Position numbers and translations under genes: made by a program. Below, piece after piece: positions 42,286 to 56,560 of a stretch of 64,000 nt of DNA. Under the pieces are notes generated by a model. That model saw only the letters and a list, made by a program, of their open reading frames with translations, searched no databases and was not told where the DNA came from. The stretch is taken from NCBI GenBank assembly GCA_009914755.4, contig CP068257.2, positions 22,976,001 to 23,040,000 on the forward strand, written 5' to 3'. How positions within the stretch are numbered: the stretch's first letter is position 1; the number at the start of each line of letters is the position of its first letter. This DNA comes from the human T2T-CHM13v2.0 reference genome, Homo sapiens.

Positions 42286-44265
42286 CTAGGTGAAATTTAA
42301 ACATCGTATCTCTTCCACCAACTTTTAGCCTTCTATGATGATTTTTATTTATCTGGCATATTTTTATATATTATGGATATTGAAAGAGGAAATAAGTTGT
42401 ATTAAATTTTGGCAAGGAGGAAAATAAGATGTTGAATACAAAGATTCTCTGAGGAGAATGTCTACTGATAAATAAGAAAACCGTAAGGTGAAAAGATGTT
42501 GTTAAGGGAAATAAAATCAAAGGCCCACTCACGCTCTTCAAAATGTCACTAAAACATAGCGGTATTCATCCTCTTCCTAGGTAATTTAAGCCAGGCTAAT
42601 CTACTTACAGAATTATGGATCGTTAAAATAAATTGCCAGTATTTGCCAATTTTCAAGGTGACCAAAGAGGACTCAGTTTGTCTCCTGTTGCTCTTTTTGT
42701 CCTTGAGGTTGTATGATGTCTCTAAGTCTTGATTGTTCACTATGAGACCCAGTCCCAGCCCCTTCTTCACTGCTGATATTGTTCTCCTCATATGTTCACA
42801 TTTGATGGGTAGATATAAAATATAATGCTGCCTGCATAAGCCACTCCTGGTGGTTTAGACCTAGTGGAGGCAATTAGGTAGGTAGCATTATATTTTCCTA
42901 GTAGAACTTTTGTGCACCTCAGTGATTCCTAGGAGAGAATCTAGCATTACTACTACTAGCAAATTAAGAAAAAAAGCAATATAAGGACAGAATAAACATC
43001 GACTTTCATTAATTTACAATATAGCACTGTTCAGAAAAAAAAATATCAGTGGTGGATACATGTGAAGATCTTCTATAATTTTACGTGATAGCCTCCAAAC
43101 TAACATTTAAGCCACTCGAATTGTGAGGCAATATGATATTCATTAGAAGCTGTGCCAGCTGCAACAACCATTAGTTTGCCATCAAATGAAAAGGCATTCA
43201 ATGTTTCCACTGATCCCTCAGGCCCTAACACAGTCTTTAATGTACAAATCTTCTTAGTTATTCATCCTTTAGAATGTTTAGGTCAGGGAAATTTTAAAAG
43301 ATTTTGAAAGAATATAGTAATAATGATCTTGCCTTCTCTATGTAAAATTTTGAATATTTACTAGATGTGTGGCCTGCTTAAGCACTGAAATATTTTTTAA
43401 GCCATGTGAAATCTTCGTGAAAACGGGTGAGAAGTATATTTTTATAGACTTTGAGATGTAACAAAAAAGACTCAAAATGGCTTAAAATATAGAGAATTGG
43501 CTTTAAATATAGAGAACATATTACCTCTAATTTCAAAAATTGCCAACGTAGATGATAACTTCAGAGGTCCAATACTATTTACTTAAAAAGAAACCCCCAA
43601 GTTGTTTTCCAGGACAGAACAGATTTCTCCTCTTATTTTAATGACGAGAATGTGTTCACTTATTCTTTTCAATCGATTTCTGAGAGGGAGCCTTGAGTTA
43701 AAGATAAAGATGGGATGAAAATCAAATATAAAGATGGAGTGAGTAGGCACCAAATGGTGTGTGAGTGCTATGGTAAATTTAATCATCTTCACCTACAAAT
43801 AAACAAGTTAAAACTTACAAAAGTTCATTCTTACCTAAGATCTACCAATTTATGACTGTTAAAGCCAAAATTGAGAATGATTTTAAATTTTATCCATATT
43901 TCCCCAGTATAATCTATTTTTAATATATTCATTAAGTTTAGATGTATTTAAAAGCTACTAGATAAATTATGTTAGACCTTGAGGTTTAAAAATGAGTGAG
44001 ATAACCCCACAATGAATGTCATCCAGAAAGGCCAAACATATAATAGATTGCATATTAACGAATGCATGTTAAGTGAAAAGATACAAATATGCCCTCACAT
44101 GAGACTGCATAGGGGAGGTGTTAGCAGCAGTGAATCCATACAGGTATGCAGCAACTCAATTATAGTCTCCTCAAAGGAAATAATTCGTCCAAGGGGCATA
44201 AGGCAGAGTGAGAGACTGAGGCAAGTTTTTGAGCAGGAATGAGAGTTTATTTAAAGGTTGCAGAG

Positions 44266-44835
<570 letters not shown>

Positions 44836-44900
44836 TTACCTGTCAAGCGTTCCTAAAGGAAGGTTATATACCAGTTAAGCTCTGCCTTTTTGTCTCTTAG

Positions 44901-45204
<304 letters not shown>

Positions 45205-46286
45205 TAACAACGGACTGACCATCACGTGATGGTCGCCTGACACTCCTGGAGGGGCCCTTTCCCGCCGTGCTCATGTCTGCCTAGCTACCTACTCTAACAG
45301 AGGGACATATAACAAAGTGCAATGGGACTTGAAGGAAAGGAGACAGATGACCTGAATCACAAAGAATGAGACCCCACATTTATTGAAGTCACTGGGAATC
45401 ATCTAACAGAAAAACATGTGCATCTACAGCTAATGAAAATGTTATTTTCTTTCTCTATCCCTATTCCTGATTTTACGTACTTTTGTTTTTCATTGTTCTT
45501 AATATTTGGTTTAGTTTGTTTTGAGACTTACGTAAGAGCTGGGTTTTATGGCTTTAAAATCTCTACATTAACCATGGACATTTATATAAATTTATCATAT
45601 GCATAAAATCCGAAGAAGAAAATTTATGTACTCATGAAAATGAATGATCTATTTAAAAAGAAAGCAAATTGAAAATGGAAATGGCTATAAAATTATTTCA
45701 TTGGTCAACTGGCAAAATACTCTCAGCAATTTTTCTGACCTATGAATCTAAGCATTTTTAAGTATCATTGCATTGTTATATAAATTCTACTTGTATTATG
45801 CCAGCAGATTTCAAAAGCCTCTCTTTTTTTTGCCTATTGTGAAGGTAGGAATAAGATGTTGTATCAGAAATCCACAGTTGCTTCTGTAGGGAAGGAAAAA
45901 AAATCTTTTTTCTCTACCCATTTTAGTTACAAGTTTGAGGCTCTGTAATGTAGACTAACAAAATGCAGATTAACAAAAAAAAATCCACCATGAAGTTTAT
46001 TAGTGTGCATATTGCAGTTACACATGGGAACACTTAGTGATGAGGAACTCAAAGGGTGATTATAATTGGAGTTTATATAGCATCTTAACAACAAAAAAAA
46101 ATGTAAATTTTTAGGGAAGTGACAAGATAAAAAAATCAAGACTGAGTTTTTAGGGTAGCAAACAGTAGAAAGGTAAATACATGGAGGAAACTAATGGAAG
46201 AAAGGGCTTGTCATGCAGGCTCTTCTAGTGCTATATCTGGGCTGATAGGGTTTAGAGTTGTCACAGATGACTGGTGATTGGTGATT

Positions 46287-46339
46287 AACTTCTTTCCTTC
46301 TACATAGAGAGTAACTTCTTTCCTTCTACATAGAGAGTA
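46287..46339. repeat. 26 bp direct tandem duplication
   Basis: acttctttccttctacatagagagta is present twice back to back. Confidence 0.85.
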
Positions 46340-48886
46340 GAGGACACCTTTATAAATTTTCATCCTGCTTTTAAGCAAATGCGGGAAGGCAGACTTTTCT
46401 TGTATCTATGTCTCAATTGCCTTTAGCTCAAAATAAACCTATGTCAAAGTGGTATATTATTTTAAGATGGTGTATTCTGCTTTCCTTCACTTGAAACTAC
46501 TCAGTAATCAATTACAAAACCAGTAAGAAATTGAGAGTAAGTTTTCATTATAGACCTTGCCAAATATAATAGCTCATAAATCAGCTAATAATATTTATCT
46601 GTGTTATATATTATCAGGTACAGTTAACTCTTTTTTTTAGAATCTTGTTCATTCAAATAATTTATTTAGAAGTAAACAAAAGTAAAAATTTCAAAGAAAA
46701 GTCAAACAAAAGAAAAGAAGAAGAATTTTCTCCCAGGATATGTAACTCATTTATTTATAAAACCATTCTCTCAAAGTATCTAGGATTCTTGAAAGACCTT
46801 GTTTTGCTTTCTTTGTTTGAAGTGAAGAGCTGAAAATAAAATCAATAGGATTACTCCTCCTCAAATTATTCTTGGAAGAGGCAAATAAGTTCTGCCTACT
46901 CTTCAGCCTTAATGAAGAATTGAAAGCATCAAAACTAGTCAAAATTTGAGGCATTAATCTCTAAGGAATGTTCTGACACAGTTCATATTCACAAGTTCCT
47001 ATTATACGGTTTTATTTTAAAATGGTGAAAATTATTGAAACTCAGATGATTAAACAGTCTTCAAAGCTTGAGTACCTTATACACTTTATATAACTGCTAT
47101 GAATATTCTCTTGAATGCTAGTGGAGGAAGGGTTATCCACAGCTATTGTAGAAGTTTTAGGGAATCACATTCTAAGGATTGCACAAAAGAAAATTAATAA
47201 AGCAACTGCTAGAAATAAACCCACATCTTAAGAACAATTTGACAGAAAGGAGAGTCTCCCAACAATTGATGTAGAATATCTAAAAAGGGAATAAAAATAT
47301 AGGACATAGATCTTGGGAAAACAGTATTTCTCAATTAGCGAGATCCAGGGAATGTGCAACTTCATTCTTTTGTTTTAACATGAGGTCTTCTTAGCAGGCA
47401 TATATTCCCAAATCAGAGACAGAGGCATTTAGCACCATTGACAGCCAAATGTCGTTAAATGTTATATTAATATAATTTATTTCCTTTTACCTGATGTCAT
47501 CCTCCCGCAGGCAAACTTCTGCTTAAACTGTATCTTTCATTTGTTTTCTGTAATTAAGACATTTGCTGGTTATCCTAATAGATTTTATACTACTCATTAT
47601 AATTCAGCAAACTGATAGGTTTTATATCAATTTTTGAATTTTCCTAATATGAGCCAACTTTTGAGAGACTGAAACTATCTTAATAGTGCCATAACAGGAG
47701 AGCTAAAAAAAATACCCAGACTATGAATAGTGATAACCACTTTTACATCAAACCAGACTATTCAGTAAACTTCTGCCAGGAAAAAACCAAGTTCACAGTC
47801 CCCTTTCAAATCACATTATTTACACAATGGACAAATCAAGAGGAAGGATTAGGCAGAGTATAAGTATACATTATGGCAGTCAAAAACACTCTTTTTGAAT
47901 GCTTTATTTCTCTGTAAAGTTAATGTGTAAAGTCACACACAAAGACACACCCTCATTCATCACCCCCATGTGATTAACAGAGATGTTCATCACAACAGTA
48001 TTATCTTTTATTTTTAAAATGCAAGTAGATTATCTGATCTTTACTATGGAAAATTGTCATAGAATAGTAGAAGGAATTTCAATTTGATTAAAAGGTGAAG
48101 CAGATTCAAATGAATGAGAAATGTATAAGAGGCAGATTGGGAAATTGGAGGCAGCAGGTTCAACTTCTTAGCTGTCAAAATCTGCCCCAGTTCTGACATA
48201 AATTTAATCATTCATAGACTAATAGAGCCATGGCTTCAAGCACTGAAAAGCAGCTACGACTTTATCCTGCTTCCAAGCTAACAAGGTAGTTTTCACAGCT
48301 TCATACATGTTGGCAAAGGACACAAGGCTCCTGGGTTAGACACAATGGCCTTTTTTACATTAAAGCACAGCACGTAGCATGAGTTTCACGTTCTGGTTGA
48401 CTCCTGTTATCCCCATGTCCCACTAAGCAACACAGAGCAGCCCAGGTAGCTACTGCAGACAAAATAGGCTTATATTACTAATAAGAAACCCCCAATCTTT
48501 CAAAAACAGATGCTAACAAACGTGGCCAGCCATGCACCTTAAAGAAAGCCATTTTCTTTTTTATTCTGGAGGAAAAAAAAACAAAAACAAAAACACTTTT
48601 CCTCTGTCCTGAAGGAAGATACCATTTCTATCCTCTAAGGCTGTATGAACATATTTGAACATACGTAATAGGATAAATGCCATCAATGACTCTGTTTAGA
48701 AGACATGCAGAAACACAAGACCGATTGAGATTTGTCTCTCAACTCATAGTCAATGTTCATTGACCTTCATTGTAATGTAGACATACAATTCAGGTGGAAC
48801 AATAAATACGTAAGGGAGGTTCTACAGAAAAACTTCATGTATAATGATATGTTTGCCTTCAGTGGTCTTTTTTTTATTTTCTATCT

Positions 48887-48960
48887 TCTAATATATATAT
48901 ATATATATATAAAATATATATATTCACTAAAAACTTTGTGATATATATATATATATATAT
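48887..48960. repeat. (TA)n microsatellite, two blocks
   Basis: atatatatatatatatat...atatatatatatatatata seen directly. Confidence 0.9.
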
Positions 48961-50082
48961 AAATTTGGCAATGCTATCTCTGTTTTCTTGTTAGAAAAAT
49001 ATTTAGAAATTGAAAATTCAAGTCTGTAGACTCCTAGGTGACTCTTCATATCGTCAATGGCTAGTTTCATGACTCCTATTCTTGTAAAAATACACGGCAC
49101 CATGCCATCAAGGCATAATTATTAGAAAAGAGAAATAACACCATATGTGTCCAACGGGTTATTACAAACTCATGCCTGCATCCAAAAAGTTATTTAACTT
49201 CAGTTTTCAGGATCTCCTTTACCTGAACATGGCTCTGTGTCATAGAGTGCCTTAACCTTGGTCTGTCTTTTTTTGTCACAAATATACAATGTATAAGATG
49301 AGATACTTTTGACTGCAGTTGCCAAAAATTTTGGGTCAGCTAAGATGCGGTGATATTTTTCATGATGTCCACTACGCCACTACATCCCTTCTGTTTCTCT
49401 TCCCTATATCCTATCTTTTCTATTTCCAACACCATAATTTTACAGTCAAACTTATCGTTGGCTTCTTTAAAATCCAAATTCCTGAATGTCAGGGGCTGTA
49501 AAATTTGTTTGAGAAGACCTAGCTCCATAAAGTTCGGTCAGTGTTCATTAAATTCAACCTAATGATTATGCAGTTTTTAAGTACAGCTGTTTTCCATAGT
49601 AACCTGAACATTCGACTAGCAGGAAGGCAAACATATTCTATTTGATTTATGTTTATTTAAACTTGACCATGGTTTTGCTTTATAATAAAAACAGTGCAAG
49701 GCTGCTATAGTCCTTTCAATTTATAATAGAGTAATTTTACCTACCAATGTTAAATTAAGTATTTGACTGCACAAAAAACAAGGAAAGATCTTTGCTTCCC
49801 TACAGACTGCAGGAGGCTTGTTGGCTGAAAGCTCAGCACAAGAGAAGTTTGATAGCATTGATCACTGCCTATCAGCAGATCATTCCAATATTCATGGTAA
49901 CCAGCAACTAAAACAGTAGGGGATGTCCAAACTGTATCTTTTCTCCTACTTATTTATCTTATTTTGTGTCCCAATAGGATATTGCAGTCGTTGTGTTCTA
50001 GACTAAATCTGATGTTACTGAGGGTCTCCTCATGTATCTGCAGGTGTGTTATAACTGAGAGAAAATAGAAAGCATTTTTTTT

Positions 50083-50232
50083 TTACTCTATACTGGTTTT
50101 TTTATTTTATTTTATTATTGTTATACTTTAAGTTTTAGGGTACATGTGTACAACGTGCAGGTTTGTTACATATGTATACATGTGCCATGTTGGTGTGCTG
50201 CACCCATTAACTCGTCATTTAGCATTAGCATT
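50083..50232 (-). mobile_element. Short L1 (L1PA-like) fragment from the extreme 3' end, antisense
   Basis: ttttttttttactctatactgg...ttattattgttatactttaagttttagggtacatgtgtacaacgtgcaggtttgttacatatgtatacatgtgccatgttggtgtgctgcacccattaactcgtcatttagcattag is the reverse complement of the remembered L1 3' UTR terminus. Confidence 0.8.
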
Positions 50233-50981
50233 TCTTGTCATTACTCTTTTAATTGGATCTCACTGGGTGAACTATCAGTAAGCCAAAACCATTGAAAAGT
50301 CTCAAGACAGTATATGCATTATGAAATGGCAAACCAAAGTCATTATTGGGTGTAGAGTATTTTCACTAAAAAACTTTGTAATTAGAAGGAACATAGTGAT
50401 TATCTAATGAAGTTAACCTATTTTATAAATATAAGGGATTATCTCATGAACTTAACCAATTTTTAAATCTGAATTTAAAAAAAGATTAATAAAATAGTTA
50501 CCTCACCAAAAATTTAAAAAAATAGCAAATGCCATCTAAATCCTTTATATTCCACAAAAATTGTTTTTCTGAGTTATTTCCATGAACAGTTCTCTGACTG
50601 CATTAATTTTTAAGTGTTGATATATTTAACAAGATAATACACTTATATATGTTGAAAACATTAAAAAGTTAAATGGCAAAAGATCTGTTTGGGATCTATA
50701 CTTTTCATCTGTCCTGGTCCCATTCACATACACTAGCCATTGTGGCAGCAGCTCACTTTACTAGTTTCCTTGTGTTCATTCAGAATTTCTATGTAACGTA
50801 TTTGATGTTCCCATTCTTCTATGCAAATGTAGCTTATAATGCCCAAAGTTCTGGATATTTAAACCCTACCAAAATATGGTGGAAATGGTTCCTTAATTCA
50901 TAGACTGTGTGTGTAAAATATACACACATATATGTATTATGTATCAGATATGAGTATATATGTGTTTTATACAACACATAC

Positions 50982-51005
50982 TCTCTCTCTCTCTCTCTCT
51001 CCCTC
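50982..51005. repeat. (CT)n microsatellite
   Basis: ctctctctctctctctctctctccctcc seen directly. The 132 aa track ORF at 50932-51330 runs through this and other low-complexity sequence and is an artefact. Confidence 0.9.
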
Positions 51006-51439
51006 CAGCATATCATTTAATTGTATGGATATCTACATTTTATATAATTATTCTACAAGTCTTAGATTTGTAAATGGTTTCCTTTTTTTTGCTATTGTAA
51101 GCATTACTGTTTTGAACATCTTTGTACACATATTACTTTCTTTGTGTGTACATATTAACCCTAGGGCAAATTATCACAAGCGAGGGTGGTACATCAGTTA
51201 TGATATATTTGTAATTTGGTTTTATACTTCCAAATTGCCCTTTGCATGGTCAGTTTTGCAACACAGAGGTGTGTTGGGGGGGGGCACATGTGCACATACA
51301 TGTCTTAGTTTCTCATTGTATCTTCTCTAAGTTTGGGTTTAGAATGTTTCTGGCTTGTTAGTTTTTGCACAGACTTTCATGACCATACATATCCATTGTG
51401 AATTTCCCCATATTTCTTTATGAATTCTACCTTATAAAG

Positions 51440-51615
51440 CCCCTTATAAAACCATCAGATCTCTTGAGAACTCATTCACTATCACGAGAACAGCATGGAG
51501 GTAACCACCCCCATGATTCAATTACCTCCTACAGGGTCCCTCCCACAACATGTAGGGATTACGGGAACTACAATTCAAGATGAGATTTGGATGGGCTCAT
51601 TGCCAAAGCATATCA
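51440..51615 (-). mobile_element. MaLR LTR fragment of the THE1/MST type, antisense
   Basis: cttataaaaccatcagatctcttgagaactcattcactatcacgagaacagcatggaggtaaccacccccatgattcaattacctcctacagggtccctcccacaacatgtagggattacgggaactacaattcaagatgagatttgg matches the reverse complement of the remembered THE1/MST LTR core. Confidence 0.7.
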
Positions 51616-52271
51616 CCCGGGTTTTCTGAATCAACTTTTTAAAGAAGTATCCTTTTATTCAATGCATAGTTGAGTTTGGCTTTTTGATTCAATCTGAAAA
51701 TACTGTTAATTTAGTGAGTTAAACCACATCATAGTGACTGAAAAGAAAGTTATAGTTAGCTTGAGTTGTGCCATATTGTTATGAATTATGTTTTCTGTTT
51801 ATATGTCTATCATGTTATGTATGTTGTTTTTCATTTGTTTGTTATTGTGTATAGTTTTTTCCTGATATCTAAGAAAGTTTAAAAGTTTGATCTAGTGGTT
51901 ACATTTATAATTACAATTTCAATAATACCATTAGTTAATTTTTAGAAGATATGTATTAAATAATTAGTGAATAAATTTTCTCTTTTTTTCTTGTTCCTCA
52001 TTTTTCTCCACTACATGATTTTAGTGGATTTAACTATCTTTATATACTAATAAATATGATTATATTACTTGACTTTTCAACTGTAAATAGTCTTCAACTT
52101 CCCATTCTATCAGAGGAAGGAGGAATTATTTACCCAGTAGCCTTTTTTTTCCTTCACCAATAACTTTTACAGTTACGTTGTATTTACATTCTTATTCTTA
52201 ATTCCACGGTAATGCTTAGTTCCATGGTAATTTATTCTTAGTTCCATGGTAAATATATATGTATTTTTTTT

Positions 52272-52328
52272 GTGTGTGTATATATATATATATATATGAA
52301 TATATATACACACGCACACACACACATA
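52272..52328. repeat. (TG)n(TA)n(CA)n compound microsatellite
   Basis: tgtgtgtgtatatatatatatatatatgaatatatatacacacgcacacacacacat seen directly. Confidence 0.9.
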
Positions 52329-52470
52329 TCTTAAACTTACTACCAGTATTTTTGCCTTGTTTCTCCAGACATTCCTTGTTTGTCTTATCTAGAATTGTAG
52401 AAATTTCTAGGAACCCGAAAAAAAAAATACATATATATATATATTATTTGAGACCAAGTTGCTTTATTTA

Positions 52471-52583
52471 AGACGAAGTCTCGCTCTTGTTGCCCATGCT
52501 GGAGTGCAATGGCACAAATCTAGGCTCACCGCAACCTCTGCCTCCCAGGTTCAAGCAATTGTCTCCTGCCTCAGCCTCCCAGC
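52471..52583 (-). mobile_element. Alu fragment, antisense, 3' part only
   Basis: agacgaagtctcgctcttgttgcccatgctggagtgcaatggcacaaatctaggctcaccgcaacctctgcctcccaggttcaagcaattgtctcctgcctcagcctccc, after which the Alu match stops. Preceded by a (TA)n run. Confidence 0.8.
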
Positions 52584-53059
52584 TAATGGAAAAAAATATT
52601 TTCTGTATGCTCACATTTTTAAATCACTTTTTCCCTATGATTTATACTTGAAGAGCAGTTTACTTTGATGAAAAATTATTGACTTATACTTACTATTTTT
52701 GTGTATTTTCTTGGTAAGTGTGTCTTTGAAGAAATATGTTAGTGTATTTTATTTCAAGGGAGGTTTAATGAATAATTTTAAATGATCATTTTCTATTGCT
52801 GCCCTGTTTTCTTCATCTGGAACTCTGTACATTAATCTTTTCCTTCTGTCTTCTGTAGACTCTCTTTGGTATTGAACGTCTGTGTTTCAGGTTACAGTAT
52901 ATTATATGACAATAATACTCTGAGCATTTTATTAATCTAAAACAAATTATACTTTTTTGACATTCTGTTAGCTCTTACTTTTTCAAGTAGTTGTATTTTG
53001 TCTTTGAATTTTTTAATTTCTGGTTTGCTCTGCTCTTTCAAAGCTGTAATTTTATACAT

Positions 53060-53440
53060 AGTTAAACATACACATACACATAATATGTATTGTATAACTA
53101 AATATACATTGTACATATATGCATATGTATATACAAATGTGTGAATTCATATACATGAATTCATATACATGTGTATTCATGTGAATTCATATACATGTGA
53201 ATTCATATACATGTGTGTTCAAACATAAATACACATGGCTACCTATTTTCATATATATACAGATATTAATACTGAACTGTATATGTCTTTATATGTATGT
53301 ATGTATATGTGTATGTATGTACATACACATTTATGAGTTTATTTCACATCCACAGAAATGTATATGTGTGTGTGTAGCTTACATACCTTAAATGTGTGTA
53401 TATGTCTACAAACACACACATGCACACACTAATACTGTTT
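53060..53440. repeat. Low-complexity TG/TA/CA-rich region with an 18 bp tandem repeat (gaattcatatacatgtgt) about four times at 53145-53222
   Basis: gaattcatatacatgtgtattcatgtgaattcatatacatgtgaattcatatacatgtgtgttc, with (TATG)n/(TGTA)n runs on either side. Confidence 0.8.
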
Positions 53441-55221
53441 CATCTCCTCTGATACATGATAGAAATAATTTGTAAGTACACTTTGCCCCTTTTTTTTCTG
53501 AATGCCTCTATGTGTCAGCACAGTCCAAGTTCCTTTCATGTTGCTCATTAGTGATGAAGCTTCAGTTTGTCAGACTAGCAAAATGAGGAGGACTCCTGGA
53601 GTATGAGCAAGGGTCATATTAACCTTCCAATCTTCACTACCTAAACACTCCTTTGTTCTCCGTTGCACAGAGATTGCTTTCAATAAACTTGGCCTGTGAG
53701 ATTGATTGAGTGGCTCCATCTTCCTGCTTCTTGAACCAAAACAAACGTAGAGAGCCACTTCCACTAGCACAATTCACCCCAGTTTCTATGGTCAGTTTTG
53801 CAAGAGAGATTGCACTCTGAAGTCTTCACCTCCAAGACCATCGAATCAATTTTCAAATTGTGTATGTGTGCAAACAAACTCTTTTTCTGTAAGGGTTTCT
53901 CTTAATATCTTAGTTATGGCAATCTTTATTTGTATTCTGCTTGTTGTACATTGAACATTGTATTCATCCTTTGATAACTGATAAATTCTACTTTTTTTGC
54001 ATTGTCATAGTAACAAAACTTTGTCATGGAACATTGCTTCCCACAACTCTAACTGTATATTATTATTTTTAAAAAACTTTATATTTTGCCATAATTTTAG
54101 TTTTCAGAAAAGTTGCAAAGATAATCCATAGGGTTCCCAAATACTTCTCCCCGTCTCCCTTAATATTAACATTTTATGTTACTATGAGAAATTTATCACG
54201 ACCAAGAAATAAATATTGGAAAATTGCTATTAACAAAAGTTCAGATTTTATTAGAGCTTCACCAGTTTTTCAATGATTATGTTTTTCTATTCCAGTATCC
54301 AGTCCAGGACACCACACCTTGTCTCCATAATTTATTGTACCTTTGACATTTCCTCAGTCCTTACTTGTTTTCAAAGACCTTGACAATTTTCAGAATCACT
54401 GGTCAGGTATTTTGAAGAAGTCTCCTAAATTTGAGTTTGAGAATTTTTTTTCATAGTCAGACTGCATTTACGGAATTTTGTGACAAATATCACAGAAAGA
54501 AAGTGCCATTTTTATCACATCTTATCAGGTACACATTATATCAAAATGATTTAACACAGATTGTGTTAATCTCAGTCACTTGGTTAAGGCAGTGTTTGTC
54601 AGGTTTTTTCCAATATAAAGCAACCTATTTTATCCCCTTACTCTATGGAAGCAAATAAGCAAGTCCAGCCTATACTCCGAGTGGGAGGGATTCTAGTCAA
54701 TCTCCTGGAGGAGAAAGTATCTACACCTGTTATTTGGAATTTTCTGTAAGGATCATGTATCTTTTATCTTCATTTATTCATTTAAAATCATATAATACTA
54801 TGGACTTATATATCTTAATTTTTTATACTGGGTTATAATCCTATACTTCTTTATTTATTTTGTTGTTCAAATGTCTCACGCTTTTGGCATTGGGAGCTTT
54901 TCAGGTTGGCTCTGGTGTCCGTTTGACATACTCTCATCCTTCCGTCTCTTGATTACTTCCTTGCCTTCTGCCATTACAGGATATGCCATGTTCATTCTGT
55001 ATTTTGTCTTCCCTTGCTATAGATTTGACTACTTCTCATAAGCATCTTTGATTCTTTGACTGAAAAGGTATGAGAATCAAGATCTGGTCTCTGGGTTTGC
55101 CTGTTGAGCAGTTTATAAAATAGGAGCAGAGGTCTGGTTCTGATGATCTTGGCTTTTGCTATAAATCTCAATCTTCAAAGATAAAGATTAAAAATATCCT
55201 TATTGTGGAAGTTATATTAAG

Positions 55222-55606
55222 TATGTTAATCTGCTTGGGCTGCCACAAGATACCATAGGTTTGGTGGCTTACAAAAACAGGAATGTATTTTCTTGCAGTT
55301 CTGGAGGCTAGAAGTTCCGAGTTCAAGGTGCCAGTAGGGTTTCTCCTGAGGCCTCTCTCTTTAGTTTGCAGACTACTTGCTATGTCCTAGGATGGACTTT
55401 CCTTTGTGTAGTCACACATGGAGAGAGACTGGGAGATCTCTGGTGTCTCTTCTTCTCATAAGAACATCTGTCCTATTGGATCAAGGCCCAGCCTTCTGAC
55501 CGCCTTTAACCTTATCTCCTTAAAGATTCCATGTGTAAATACAATCTCAGTGGGATAAGCATTCAATATATGAATTCTAGGGGACACAATTCAATCCAAT
55601 ATGACA
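55222..55606 (-). mobile_element. MLT1-family MaLR LTR, antisense
   Basis: tgggctgccacaagataccataggtttggtggcttacaaaaacaggaatgtattttcttgcagttctggaggctagaagttccgagttcaaggtgccagtagggtttctcctgaggcctctctc ... ggatcaaggcccagcc ... ggggacacaattcaatcc is the reverse complement of the remembered MLT1 consensus (...ccagaactgtgagaaaataaatttctgttgtttaagccacccagtctgtggtactttgttatggcagcc...). Confidence 0.75.
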
Positions 55607-55609
55607 GGG

Positions 55610-56560
55610 AGAGAAGGCAGGGAAATTCTGGGCAGAAGAGGGCAGGTCCCCAGCAAGGGCCCCACCCTCAAGCTGAAAAGCCTGGAACCATGGCCTGAAG
55701 GGAGAACTTACAGCCCTGTTTTTCTGCTTCAATGTTGTCTTTTCCAAAACAACCCATGGCCCTGCCCTGCCCCCATCCTGTGCCCATAAAACCCTCGAGC
55801 TCAGACAACATGGAGAGGAGAAGGAACTGGATGCCTGAAACTACAGTCAGACATCAGAGAGAAGCAGCTTGACTTCAGAGGGACAGCTTCACAGTGTAGC
55901 TTCGAAGAGGAGCCGGGCTGGTGAGGGCCGGACTCCAGGGGAAGATTATTTTCTGGTTACATCCTCTTTTCAGCTCCCCTTCCTGCTGAGGGCCAGTTTC
56001 ACTGGCAATAAAATCCCCCACAATTACCATCTTCAATTTGTTCATGTGACCTCATTCCTCCTGGACACAGGGAAAGAACTCAGGGGCCACAAGTGTGGGT
56101 GCTAACGTCTGTCACACTGACTCTCTCCACTGAGCTGTTAACACTGAAGCCATCTGTGGATGGCAAAGCTAAAGGGGCAGTGTAACACTTCCTCTGGGGC
56201 TTCAGGGTTGGTGGGCACTCTCTCCTAGACACTGCCATGGGACCAGCATGAAGTTCACTCTTGCCAGCACCCAAAAGCGCTTGGCTTGGCTCCTGCACCT
56301 GCCCACCTGCACTGCCCCTCCCGCAAGGAATGGAGCAGCGAGTGAGTGGAGTTCATCCCTGCTGTGCCCGTGCACTTCAGTTCCTGCCTGCAAAGAGTTC
56401 AGGGAAATATTCAGTTTCATCAACATTGGGAAAGGCATTAAAGAGTTGAAGAGCAATGCACTTTTCCATGCCTTGCAAAACACCATCTATACAGGAATTG
56501 ATAACCAGGGAATTTGGCTGCTTCAGCAGTAGAAAAAACTAACAAATGGTCTGAGTTGAA
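55610..56560 (+). other. GC-rich LTR- or promoter-like block of unclassified origin
   Basis: The most GC-rich stretch in the window. It has a TATA-like cccataaaaccctcgagctcagacaacatgg at about 55775. A poly-A signal in the U5-like context ggcaataaaatcccccacaattaccatcttcaatttgttcatgtgacc sits at about 56010. Short ORFs overlap on both strands with no coding periodicity that I can see. Confidence 0.25.

Noticed and set aside
50932-51330. 132 aa ORF, the second-longest in the track
   Set aside because: It runs through a (CT)n microsatellite and low-complexity TG/TA sequence. Its composition is dominated by S, L, I, F and Y. It has no coding features or homology that I can recognise.
55601-56532. 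Cluster of six overlapping ORFs on both strands, which could suggest a compact coding locus
   Set aside because: They coincide with the only GC-rich block, where stop codons are rarer, so the ORFs are expected by chance. They overlap one another in different frames, and I see no conserved-domain-like motifs. I kept the block as a candidate LTR/promoter finding, not as CDS.
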